Source of the DNA: a bacterium | GTDB lineage: Bacteria > UBA10199 > JACPAL01 > GCA-016699445 | Assembly: GCA_036274695.1 (NCBI GenBank) | Contig: DASUFF010000034.1 | Location: 1-22,997, forward strand | Direction of reading: 5' to 3' | DNA length: 22,997 nt | In this document: positions 15,664 through 22,997 of the stretch, one piece after another | Position numbering within the stretch: position 1 is the first letter of the stretch | Layout of the letters: every line of letters starts with the position of its first letter | Notes under the pieces: model-generated | Database searches by the model: none | What the model was told of the DNA's origin: nothing | What the model saw: the letters and a program-made list of their open reading frames with translations, nothing else | Program-made: the position numbers and the translations under genes

Positions 15664-16838
15664 CGAGCGACGACGAAGCCCTTTTTGACCAAGCCGACCA
15701 AGCCGGTCAGCGCCTGCAGGTCGGTGCCCGGAAAGAGATCCAGGAAGTTTTCCAGCGGGCCCGGGTGTCTCAAGACGCTCTGCATCACATCGAGCTCCTC
15801 GGGCGACAGGTCGCGGAGGCGGCGGTCGCCGCTTAAGTCCGCCGCGATCTTCGAGCCGGGCTTCAAGCCGCCCAAATCCAGCCGGTTGATCTCGTCCATC
15901 TCGCACATGCCGTTCATGAGGATCGAATCGATCGAGTCGTTCAATTCGCGCTCCGCCGGCACGGCGTCTTTCACCGGCGGGAGGAGGTCGAAGGCGCCTT
16001 CGGTCCATCGCAGGAGGCGGAAGATCGCCTTTCTCGGATGGCTGTCGGGGCTTCCTTCGATGGCGCAGAAATAAACGCGGCCGTCACGGAGATGCACGCG
16101 GCCCGTTCCCTGGACGGATTGAATCTCGAGGACGCCGCTCTTCCGGGTTCCGGACAAAAGCTGCAGCAGATCCGGCAGAGGAACGTCTTCGATCTGGCCG
16201 GTCATGCGCCTTTGCGAATCCGGCCTCGGAGAAGCGGGCGGCGCCGTGGTGCGCCCGGACTCTTCTTTGTGACCCGGCGCGGGATCGATCTTCCTCTCGA
16301 GCTTGAGAATAGTCGACCCGATCAGGAGGCGGTCGTCTTCCTTCAGTTCGGTTTTTTGTCCGATGCGTTTGCCGTTGATGCACGTCCCGCCGGCGGAGCC
16401 CAAATCCTCCACGAAGACGCGTCCGTTCAAGATGGAAAGACGCGCATGCCTGCGGGAGGTGTTGTCCTTGGGTAGCACCAGGTCCAGTCCTTCCAGATGG
16501 CCGATGAGAAATTCCCCCGACGCGGGCAACGGCACCTGGCGTTCCTTGCTTTGGCCTTCCAGAAAGCGAAGTACGAAGGCCGGATTCGAGGCTCCGCCCG
16601 TTCCCGAAATGCTTCTCACGCCGCTGCCGTCGGAAGCGGCCGCCAAACGGACGGAGGACGAACCCGTGATCGTCCGCAAGCCGCCCGAACCGGCTTCCGC
16701 GTAAGCGCTGGCGGAAGAAGGAGGCGAGTTTAAGGCCGCGATCTGGACCGAGTTTCCATAGGCTCCCGGATCGGTCGGCAGGCCCAAGGGCCCGAAACCG
16801 GAGATGCGGAAAAGCGGGGTAAAATTGGCGACTCCCAT
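15660..16838 (-). CDS. FHA-domain protein with a C-terminal DUF4388 (PATAN-like) domain
   Basis: I re-called the start to ATG 16838 (MGVANFTPL..), which has an AGGGAGAACC SD; the track starts at 16874. The FHA signature is FLIGHLEGLDLVLPKDNTSRRHARLSILNGRVFVEDLGSAGGTCINGKRI...DDRLLIGSTILKL. The DUF4388 signature is DVPLPDLLQLLSGTRKSGVLEIQSVQGTGRVHLRDGRVYFCAIEG. Confidence 0.75.
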   Translation of the reverse strand: MGVANFTPLFRISGFGPLGLPTDPGAYGNSVQIAALNSPPSSASAYAEAGSGGLRTITGSSSVRLAAASDGSGVRSISGTGGASNPAFVLRFLEGQSKERQVPLPASGEFLIGHLEGLDLVLPKDNTSRRHARLSILNGRVFVEDLGSAGGTCINGKRIGQKTELKEDDRLLIGSTILKLERKIDPAPGHKEESGRTTAPPASPRPDSQRRMTGQIEDVPLPDLLQLLSGTRKSGVLEIQSVQGTGRVHLRDGRVYFCAIEGSPDSHPRKAIFRLLRWTEGAFDLLPPVKDAVPAERELNDSIDSILMNGMCEMDEINRLDLGGLKPGSKIAADLSGDRRLRDLSPEELDVMQSVLRHPGPLENFLDLFPGTDLQALTGLVGLVKKGFVVAR

Positions 16839-16977
16839 GTGGTTCTCCCTATTCGGGAAGGTCTTCGGAAACACTCGGTAAATGTTGCGATTTTAATTAC
16901 TGATGCAATTACCGCGGGAAACTCGTTGATTTCGGACCCGGACAGGCGTTCAATCTTCCTTTCCATCAGGGGGATTT

Positions 16978-18024
16978 ATGCAAAAAACGCCAGCCTACGC
17001 CGCCCGGAGCCCGAAAGAGCCCCTGGGCCCCTTCGAGATCCAACGCCGCGACCCCGGCCCGAACGACGTCCAGATCGACATCAAATATTGCGGCATTTGC
17101 CATTCCGACATCCATCAGGCACGGGACGAATGGGGCGGATCGACCTTCCCCATGGTGCCCGGCCACGAGATCTCGGGGGTGGTCTCGGCGGTGGGTGCGA
17201 ACGTCACGCGGTTCAAGGCCGGCGACCACGCCGGCGTCGGCTGCCTGGTCGACTCCTGCCGCGAGTGCAAGGACTGCAAGGCCGGCCTCGAGCAATATTG
17301 CGTGAAACCCGTCTGGACCTACAACAGCGTGGAGAAGGACGGAAAGACGCCGACCCACGGCGGTTACTCCACACGCGTCGTTGTAAACGAAAATTATGTC
17401 TTAAAGATCCCCGGCAACCTGCCCCTGGACAAGGCCGCCCCCCTCCTCTGCGCCGGCATCACCCTCTATTCCCCCATCCGCCACTGGAAAACCGGCCCCG
17501 GCTCGCGCGTGGGCGTGATCGGCTTGGGCGGCTTGGGCCACATGGGCGTGAAGATCGCCAAGGCCCTGGGCGCGGACGTGACGGTCATCAGCCATTCCAA
17601 AGGCAAGGAGGAGGACGCCAAACGCCTGGGCGCCCAGCACTTCCTGCTTTCGTCGGACCCGAATAACTTGGATCGCAGCGCGGGCAAGTTCGACCTGCTG
17701 TTGAATACGGTCCCCGTCGAACTGGATTGGGAGCGCTACGTCAACCTCCTGGACCGCGACGGAACCCTCGTTCTTCTGGGCGTGCCCAACGCCAAGCCGA
17801 CGTTGCCCCCCACCGCCCTCATCATGAGGAGAAGGAGCCTGGCGGGCTCCGTCATCGGTGGGCTAGCCGAAACCCAGGAGATGCTCGACTTCTGCGGCAA
17901 GCACGGCATCGCCTGCGACATCGAGACCATTCCGGTCCAAAAGGTGAACGAAGCCTATGAGCGGACCATCAAGGGGGACGTGCGCTACCGCTTCGTCATT
18001 GATATCGCGTCGCTGGGGAAATAA
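16978..18024 (+). CDS. Zn-dependent NAD(P) alcohol dehydrogenase (cinnamyl-alcohol dehydrogenase / YahK-like MDR family)
   Basis: An AGGGGGA SD sits 4 nt upstream. [32 protein letters not shown] (the structural zinc Cys cluster) and [18 protein letters not shown] (the Rossmann fold) are present. Confidence 0.9.
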   Translation: MQKTPAYAARSPKEPLGPFEIQRRDPGPNDVQIDIKYCGICHSDIHQARDEWGGSTFPMVPGHEISGVVSAVGANVTRFKAGDHAGVGCLVDSCRECKDCKAGLEQYCVKPVWTYNSVEKDGKTPTHGGYSTRVVVNENYVLKIPGNLPLDKAAPLLCAGITLYSPIRHWKTGPGSRVGVIGLGGLGHMGVKIAKALGADVTVISHSKGKEEDAKRLGAQHFLLSSDPNNLDRSAGKFDLLLNTVPVELDWERYVNLLDRDGTLVLLGVPNAKPTLPPTALIMRRRSLAGSVIGGLAETQEMLDFCGKHGIACDIETIPVQKVNEAYERTIKGDVRYRFVIDIASLGK

Positions 18025-18054
18025 GCTCTCACCTCCAACCAACAGGAGAACGTC

Positions 18055-20145
18055 ATGATCAATTGGATCTTCGGAGTTTCGCCGCTGTTTTTGCTGTGGA
18101 CCGTCCTGGTCGGAGGCGTCCTGCTCCTCGTGTTTTGGGGGATCCGCTACATCCCCAACAACCGCGTGGGCATCATCGAAAAAAGGTTCAGTTTCAAAGG
18201 ATCGATCAAATCCGGCTTCATCGCCCTTCACGGCGAGGCTGGCTACCAGCCTCACGTTCTCCGCGGCGGCCTGCACTACCTCCTTCCCTTCCAGTACAGC
18301 GTGACCCGCGTGCCTCTGGTCACCATCACGCAGGGAAAAATCGGCTATCTCTTCGCCCGCGACGGCCTCCCTCTCCTCCAGACGCAGGTCCTGGCCTCCA
18401 ACGTCGAGGCCAACGACTTCCAGGACACCGTCGCCTTCCTGACGAAGGGCGGCCAGCGAGGTCCGCAACGCATGATCCTGCGCGAAGGCACCTATGCCAT
18501 CAACCTGGCCCAGTTCGTCGTCATCACGGAGGAGACGGTCTACGGCATCTCGATGAGCGCGGAGGAAGGCGTCATCATCCGGCGCATGGCGGAGGTGATC
18601 GGACAACGCGGGGGCTTTTCGCCGGTCATCATCAAGGACGCGAGCGACATGATCGGCATCGTCACCGTCCACGACGGCCCGTCGCTCCCCCAGGAGGAGA
18701 TCATCGCGCCGGTGGTGGGCGACGACCTTCGCGAACAGGACAAGTACCACAACAAGTTCCAGGATCCGGACCGCTTCCTCCGCGCCGGCGGCATGCGCGG
18801 GCGCCAGCTGCAGGTGCTGGTCGAGGGCACCTATTACGTCAACCGCCTCTTCGCGACGATCGAGATGATCCCCAAGACGGTGATCGACGTGGGCTACGTG
18901 GGCGTCGTCGTCTCCTACACCGGCGGCGTGGGCGACGACCTCTCGGGCAAGGACTACAAGCACGGCGAATTGGTGGCGAAGGGCTACCGCGGCGTGTGGA
19001 ACGACCCCCTCCTCCCCGGCAAGTACGCGCTGAACACCTACGCGCGGAAGGTCATCATCGTGCCGACCACCAACATCATCCTCAAATGGATGCGGAACCA
19101 GACGGGCGGGCACAAGCTAGACGAGAACTTGGCCGAGGTGTCGCTGATCACGAAGGACGCCTTCGAGCCGTCGCTTCCCCTCTCCGTCGTCATCCACATC
19201 GACTACCGAATGGCCCCGCTGGTCATCCAGCGCTTCGGCGACGTTAAGCGCCTGGTCGAACAGACGCTCGACCCCATGGTCTCCGCCTACTTCAAGAACG
19301 TGGGCCAGACGCGCACGCTGATCCAGTTGATCCAAGAACGCAGCATGATCCAGCAGATCTCCAGCCAGGAGATGAAGGACAAGTTCGCCCATTACAACCT
19401 GGAGCTGGAGGAGGTGCTGATCGGCACGCCCGCCTCCTCCGAGGGCGACAGCAAGATCGAGAACATCTTGACCCAGCTCCGCTCCCGCCAGATCGCCGAG
19501 GAGCAGATCGAGACCTACGGGCGACAGGAAAAGGCCGCGATCAAGGAGCGGGAGCTGCGCGAGGCGGAAGCGCGCGCCCAGCAGCAGATGCGCATCACCG
19601 AGTCCGAGCTCTCCATCACCGTCCAGAGCAACCAGGGCAAGGCCGAGTTTCAGCGCTCCCTCCAGCAGGCCTCTCAGATCCGCGCGCTGGCCGAGGCCGA
19701 GGCCGACCGCGTCCGTTTCATGGGCGAAGGCGAGGCCAAGAAGGTGAAAGCCCTGGCCGAGGCCGAGGCGGAGAAGGCCGCGAAGGTCGGTATCGCCCAG
19801 GCCATGGCGATCGAGGAGCAGGTCGCTGCCTACGGCGGCCCTCAGTTCCAGCTGACCCAGCAGGTCATGCAGCGTTTCGCGGAAGCCATTCAAATCGCCG
19901 GCGTGGACGTCGTCCCGAAGATCGTCATCGGCGGCGCGCAGAACGGCAACGGAAACGGCAATGCCTCGAGCCTGGGAAGCAACGGAAGCATCTTGGAAGG
20001 CCTGCTTTCGATGCTCCTTTCGGACAAGGCCGGCATCAAGGTGAACCCCGCCCGCGCCGCGCGCAAACCCGAGGCCGAGGAGATCCGGAAAAACATCCTC
20101 GCGAAGGCCGCGCAACCGGCGACGACGCCTCCCAACACCAAGTAA
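18055..20145 (+). CDS. Flotillin-family (SPFH / band-7) membrane protein, 696 aa
   Basis: An AGGAGA SD sits 6 nt upstream. The protein has an N-terminal TM, an SPFH domain, and a long C-terminal coiled coil with the Ala/Glu repeats typical of flotillins (ALAEAEADRVRF..AKKVKALAEAEAEKAAKVGIAQAMAIEEQ). Confidence 0.85.
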   Translation: MINWIFGVSPLFLLWTVLVGGVLLLVFWGIRYIPNNRVGIIEKRFSFKGSIKSGFIALHGEAGYQPHVLRGGLHYLLPFQYSVTRVPLVTITQGKIGYLFARDGLPLLQTQVLASNVEANDFQDTVAFLTKGGQRGPQRMILREGTYAINLAQFVVITEETVYGISMSAEEGVIIRRMAEVIGQRGGFSPVIIKDASDMIGIVTVHDGPSLPQEEIIAPVVGDDLREQDKYHNKFQDPDRFLRAGGMRGRQLQVLVEGTYYVNRLFATIEMIPKTVIDVGYVGVVVSYTGGVGDDLSGKDYKHGELVAKGYRGVWNDPLLPGKYALNTYARKVIIVPTTNIILKWMRNQTGGHKLDENLAEVSLITKDAFEPSLPLSVVIHIDYRMAPLVIQRFGDVKRLVEQTLDPMVSAYFKNVGQTRTLIQLIQERSMIQQISSQEMKDKFAHYNLELEEVLIGTPASSEGDSKIENILTQLRSRQIAEEQIETYGRQEKAAIKERELREAEARAQQQMRITESELSITVQSNQGKAEFQRSLQQASQIRALAEAEADRVRFMGEGEAKKVKALAEAEAEKAAKVGIAQAMAIEEQVAAYGGPQFQLTQQVMQRFAEAIQIAGVDVVPKIVIGGAQNGNGNGNASSLGSNGSILEGLLSMLLSDKAGIKVNPARAARKPEAEEIRKNILAKAAQPATTPPNTK

Positions 20146-20204
20146 AGCCGTCTTCCAACGGGGCCGAGGGTGTGTTACACGCCGCCCACACAAAAGGAGA
20201 ATTT

Positions 20205-20576
20205 ATGAAGAAAAGACTGCTGACCTTAACCGTCGCCTTAGCCCTCTCGCTGGGCACCGTCTTCGCCGTCGCGCATGCCGACGAGATGGAAGACATGATG
20301 ATGAACAGCTACTGTCCGATGATGTCCCTCAAGCACTCCAAGGAGCTGGGGTTGTCCAAGAAGCAGGAAGCCAAACTGCAAAAAATCAAGGACGACATGT
20401 GGGCCCAGATGAAGCCGATCGCCATGAAGTCGAGCGGCGACACCGAGGCCGTTTTGAACGACAAGCAGAAGGCCAAGTATAAAGAGATCATGTCGTCGAT
20501 GATGGGCCATTGCGGCTGCGGCAAGGACAAGGACGGCGGCGATTCCTGCGAGATGAAGAAGGACAATAAAGAGTAA
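20205..20576 (+). CDS. Periplasmic LTXXQ-motif protein (CpxP/Spy/ZraP family) with Met/Cys-rich termini
   Basis: I re-called the start to ATG 20205, which has an AAGGAGA SD 6 nt upstream; the track starts at 20172. The signal peptide is MKKRLLTLTVALALSLGTVFAVAHA. Two LxxxQ-type motifs are present (LSKKQEAKLQKI and LNDKQKAKYKEI). The termini carry the Met/Cys clusters MEDMMMNSYCPMM and MMGHCGCGKDKDGGDSC. Confidence 0.6.
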   Translation: MKKRLLTLTVALALSLGTVFAVAHADEMEDMMMNSYCPMMSLKHSKELGLSKKQEAKLQKIKDDMWAQMKPIAMKSSGDTEAVLNDKQKAKYKEIMSSMMGHCGCGKDKDGGDSCEMKKDNKE

Positions 20577-20594
20577 TTTCCGGCCTCAACCGGC

Positions 20595-21227
20595 ATGGAC
20601 GTCATCGAAAAATTAGGCCTGCTGCTCGGGCCCAGTTTCTTAAGCGGCATCAACGCCTATGCCACCATCGGGTTTCTGGGCCTTTTCGGCAGGGTCGGTT
20701 GGTTGACCCTGCCGAAGGGCCTGGACGTCCTCTCCCATCCCCTCGTTTTCGGAATCGCCCTGGGGCTTTTCCTCATCGAATTCGTCGCCGACAAGATCCC
20801 CGCCTTCGATTCGTTCTGGCATTCCCTCCAGACCTTCGTGCGCATCCCTTGCGGCGCCCTGCTCGCCTACGCGGTCGCCGGCCCGGTCGCCCCGCATTTG
20901 AAGGTCGCCGCCTTCCTCCTCGGCGGGACGCTGGCCGCCTCGTCGCATGGCACCAAGGCGGGTCTCCGCGCCATCGCCAACCTAAGCCCGGAGCCGGTCT
21001 CCAACTGGCTGCTCTCCTTCGGCGAGGACGCCTTTTTATTCGTGTGTATCTGGCTGATCTTCTATCTGCCGCTGATCATGCTGGGGATCTTGGTCGTCTT
21101 CATCGTCTTGGCCGTCTGGCTCTTTCCGAAAATGTTTCGGGCCTTCAAGGCTGCGCTGAACAAGGGGGCCAGACTGTTCCGTCCGTCATCCGCCGGATCT
21201 CCTCCTTCGAGTCCGCGAACTCCTTGA
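20595..21227 (+). CDS. DUF4126-family integral membrane protein (210 aa)
   Basis: The LIEFVADKIPAFDSFWHSLQTFVRIPCGA motif and four hydrophobic helices are consistent with DUF4126. It starts 18 bp after the LTXXQ gene. Confidence 0.55.
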   Translation: MDVIEKLGLLLGPSFLSGINAYATIGFLGLFGRVGWLTLPKGLDVLSHPLVFGIALGLFLIEFVADKIPAFDSFWHSLQTFVRIPCGALLAYAVAGPVAPHLKVAAFLLGGTLAASSHGTKAGLRAIANLSPEPVSNWLLSFGEDAFLFVCIWLIFYLPLIMLGILVVFIVLAVWLFPKMFRAFKAALNKGARLFRPSSAGSPPSSPRTP

Positions 21228-22266
21228 CGTAAGCGAGCGGGTCGACGGTCACCAGCCGCCGGAGAATCTTTCCGAGCGGGTTATAGAACCACCACAAAGG
21301 CCCTCTGTTCCGGGTCAGGGCTTCGACCGACGCCCGATGCCGTCCGATCTCGTCCTCCGTCAGGGATTTTGGATCCGCGGCCAGCGCCTCCAGGCGCCGG
21401 AAATAGTCGTTGGTGTCCTTCCGGTACGCTGCCCGGTTGAAGATGATTCGGAACCAAAGCCCGCGGCCCGCTTGTTTCTGCTCCGCCTCGAGGGATTCGG
21501 CGGCGGCCAGGCCGTGCAGATATTCGGCGACCATGGCCCGCCGGAAGGTGACCTTCGCCGGATCGAATTCGGCCATCGCCGCCTTCATTTCCTCTTTCAA
21601 CGCGGCGGGCGCGGGGAGCCCGAGGAGTTTGCACGAAAAGAACAGGTCGCTCTTCACGTCGGCCATGGCCACCAAGTGGCTGATCATCCCCCGGGCCGCG
21701 GAGAGGTGCGAGAGGTCCTGGCGGTACTGGCGGATCCAAGTCCGATAAGCCTCCGCGACGTCCCCTCCCGCCGCCAAGTCCGCCATCGTCAGAACGCCCA
21801 CCTTGTGAAGCCCCAGAAGCGAAATCCAAGGCGCGCTCTGTTCACCAAGACGCAGGGGGTCGCGGTCGATCATTTGGGGAAATTCCAGAAGGGCTCGATA
21901 GCCCTCGACGGTCGCACGGCGGTCCTTCAGGAACGCGGCCAGCCGCGGGCGGCGTCTCTTCACCTCCGTCCAAAAGGCGTCGGCGTCTTTCATGGAAGGA
22001 ACGGCATCGAGCTCGTAAAGGAACAGCAAGGTCTCCGGAAGGTCCTCGACGTCCCAGGAATCCAGCGTGTCGCCGTCCTGCCGGGCCTTCACGAGAAAAT
22101 AGTAGCCGTTCTTGTCCTTTTCCTCCGTTACCGCGACGGACAGGTCCGCCTCCGTCCAGAGCGGCGGCTCGACCGGACGGGGCCAGAGGTTCACCCCGAG
22201 CCAGGAGCCGGCGAGCAGCACGAAGAAGACGAAGAGGGCCAGAACGATTTTTGGAAATTTTTTCAT
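21145..22266 (-). CDS. Hypothetical protein (373 aa) with an N-terminal signal peptide or membrane anchor
   Basis: The N-terminus is MKKFPKIVLALFVFFVLLAGSWLG. The start codon lies 5 bp downstream of the TolB-like gene's stop. The 3' end overlaps the DUF4126 gene convergently by 83 bp. Confidence 0.5.
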   Translation of the reverse strand: MKKFPKIVLALFVFFVLLAGSWLGVNLWPRPVEPPLWTEADLSVAVTEEKDKNGYYFLVKARQDGDTLDSWDVEDLPETLLFLYELDAVPSMKDADAFWTEVKRRRPRLAAFLKDRRATVEGYRALLEFPQMIDRDPLRLGEQSAPWISLLGLHKVGVLTMADLAAGGDVAEAYRTWIRQYRQDLSHLSAARGMISHLVAMADVKSDLFFSCKLLGLPAPAALKEEMKAAMAEFDPAKVTFRRAMVAEYLHGLAAAESLEAEQKQAGRGLWFRIIFNRAAYRKDTNDYFRRLEALAADPKSLTEDEIGRHRASVEALTRNRGPLWWFYNPLGKILRRLVTVDPLAYVKEFADSKEEIRRMTDGTVWPPCSAQP

Positions 22267-22271
22267 AAGCG

Positions 22272-22997
22272 TCAGCGTCCGGTTAAGGCTTTTGCGTTTT
22301 TCCCCTCGGCGTCCATGATCCAGAGACGGTCGGCGGAGCCGTCGAGGAATCCGACCGTATGCCGGGAAAAGGCGATGAGTTTCCCGTCCGGCGACCAGCG
22401 GGGGTCGCGCGAGGCCTCCTCCTTCACATCCTGCGTCAACGGACTCTGGGCGTTGGCGTCCCGGTCATAGAGCCAGAGCGTTTCCCTCCCCTTTTGCTTT
22501 CTCAGGGGCGAATCGAAGGATTCGCAGAGAAATTTCCGTCCGTCGGGCGAAATCTCCAGTCCGCGCAGGCAATGAAGCACGGGCAGGTCCCGGGAAAGCG
22601 GGCTCCGTTCGGCGCCGTCGTCGTTCAGGACCCAGTAATAACCGAGCTCGGGGAGGCTGCCTTCGTCCTTTCCTGGCGCGTGAAAGACGATCCCCTTACC
22701 GCCGGGCAGCCATTCCGCCGAAGAGGGTGAAGTATCCGGGTCTTCGAACCTTGCGACGACCCGCGGGTTCGACCCGTCGGCATCCATGATCCAAAGATTG
22801 AGGGCGTCTTCCTCATTGATGGTGTCCGAACCGTCCAGGGCTCTTAAGGAGAGAAACAAAATCCGCGACCCGTCCGGAGACCACTCGGCCCCGCCGCAAT
22901 CCGTATTGGGCCGTGTCATCCGCGTGAGCGGCTTGGCGGCGCTTCCGTCGGCCGCGGCGGTCCAAATGTTTTCGATGCGGGAGTCTTTGCGGGACGT
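22272..22997 (-). CDS. TolB-like PD40 (WD40-like) beta-propeller repeat protein, 5'-partial (runs off the window end)
   Basis: The repeated W(S/L)PDG motifs are EWSPDGSRILF, EWLPGGKGIVF, ISPDGRKFL and RWSPDGKLIAF. The frame is open up to position 22997 (..IWTAAADGSAAKPLTRMTRPNTD..), so the true start lies outside the window. Confidence 0.6.
   Translation of the reverse strand, partial: TSRKDSRIENIWTAAADGSAAKPLTRMTRPNTDCGGAEWSPDGSRILFLSLRALDGSDTINEEDALNLWIMDADGSNPRVVARFEDPDTSPSSAEWLPGGKGIVFHAPGKDEGSLPELGYYWVLNDDGAERSPLSRDLPVLHCLRGLEISPDGRKFLCESFDSPLRKQKGRETLWLYDRDANAQSPLTQDVKEEASRDPRWSPDGKLIAFSRHTVGFLDGSADRLWIMDAEGKNAKALTGR

Overview
This is a high-GC (roughly 65%) bacterial chromosomal segment that I read as about 26 protein-coding genes on both strands. 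I found no rRNA, tRNA, CRISPR array, transposase or integrase. The gene content suggests an Acidobacteria- or Deltaproteobacteria-like organism: an SBBP beta-propeller repeat protein, an FHA-DUF4388 protein, and many signal-peptide and Cys-rich secreted proteins. The genes I can name are inorganic pyrophosphatase, a Zn-dependent alcohol dehydrogenase, a 696-aa flotillin/SPFH protein, a zinc-ribbon HExxH metallopeptidase, an LTXXQ-motif (CpxP/Spy/ZraP-like) periplasmic protein, DUF2306, DUF5996, DUF1304 and DUF4126 membrane or uncharacterised proteins, and a TolB-like PD40 propeller that runs off the window end. The large SBBP gene runs off the 5' end on the minus strand; the six-frame track misses it because it has no stop in the window. 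The track often over-extends N-termini, so I re-called several starts using Shine-Dalgarno context. Most of the long Arg-rich ORFs in the track are antisense shadows of real genes in this GC-rich DNA. The main findings are a candidate envelope/membrane-microdomain operon (ADH, flotillin, LTXXQ protein, DUF4126) diverging from an FHA-DUF4388 gene, and a 45-aa signal-peptide small ORF that has a strong SD and a strong intrinsic terminator but falls below the track's length cutoff. There are also two short relic fragments of detoxification genes (a VOC/glyoxalase C-terminus and a GST C-terminus), a GTGA translational-coupling overlap, a 7-bp perfect palindrome in a divergent promoter region, a DUF2306 gene with an internal SD+ATG ahead of a signal-peptide-like segment, and a lower-GC divergent gene pair.
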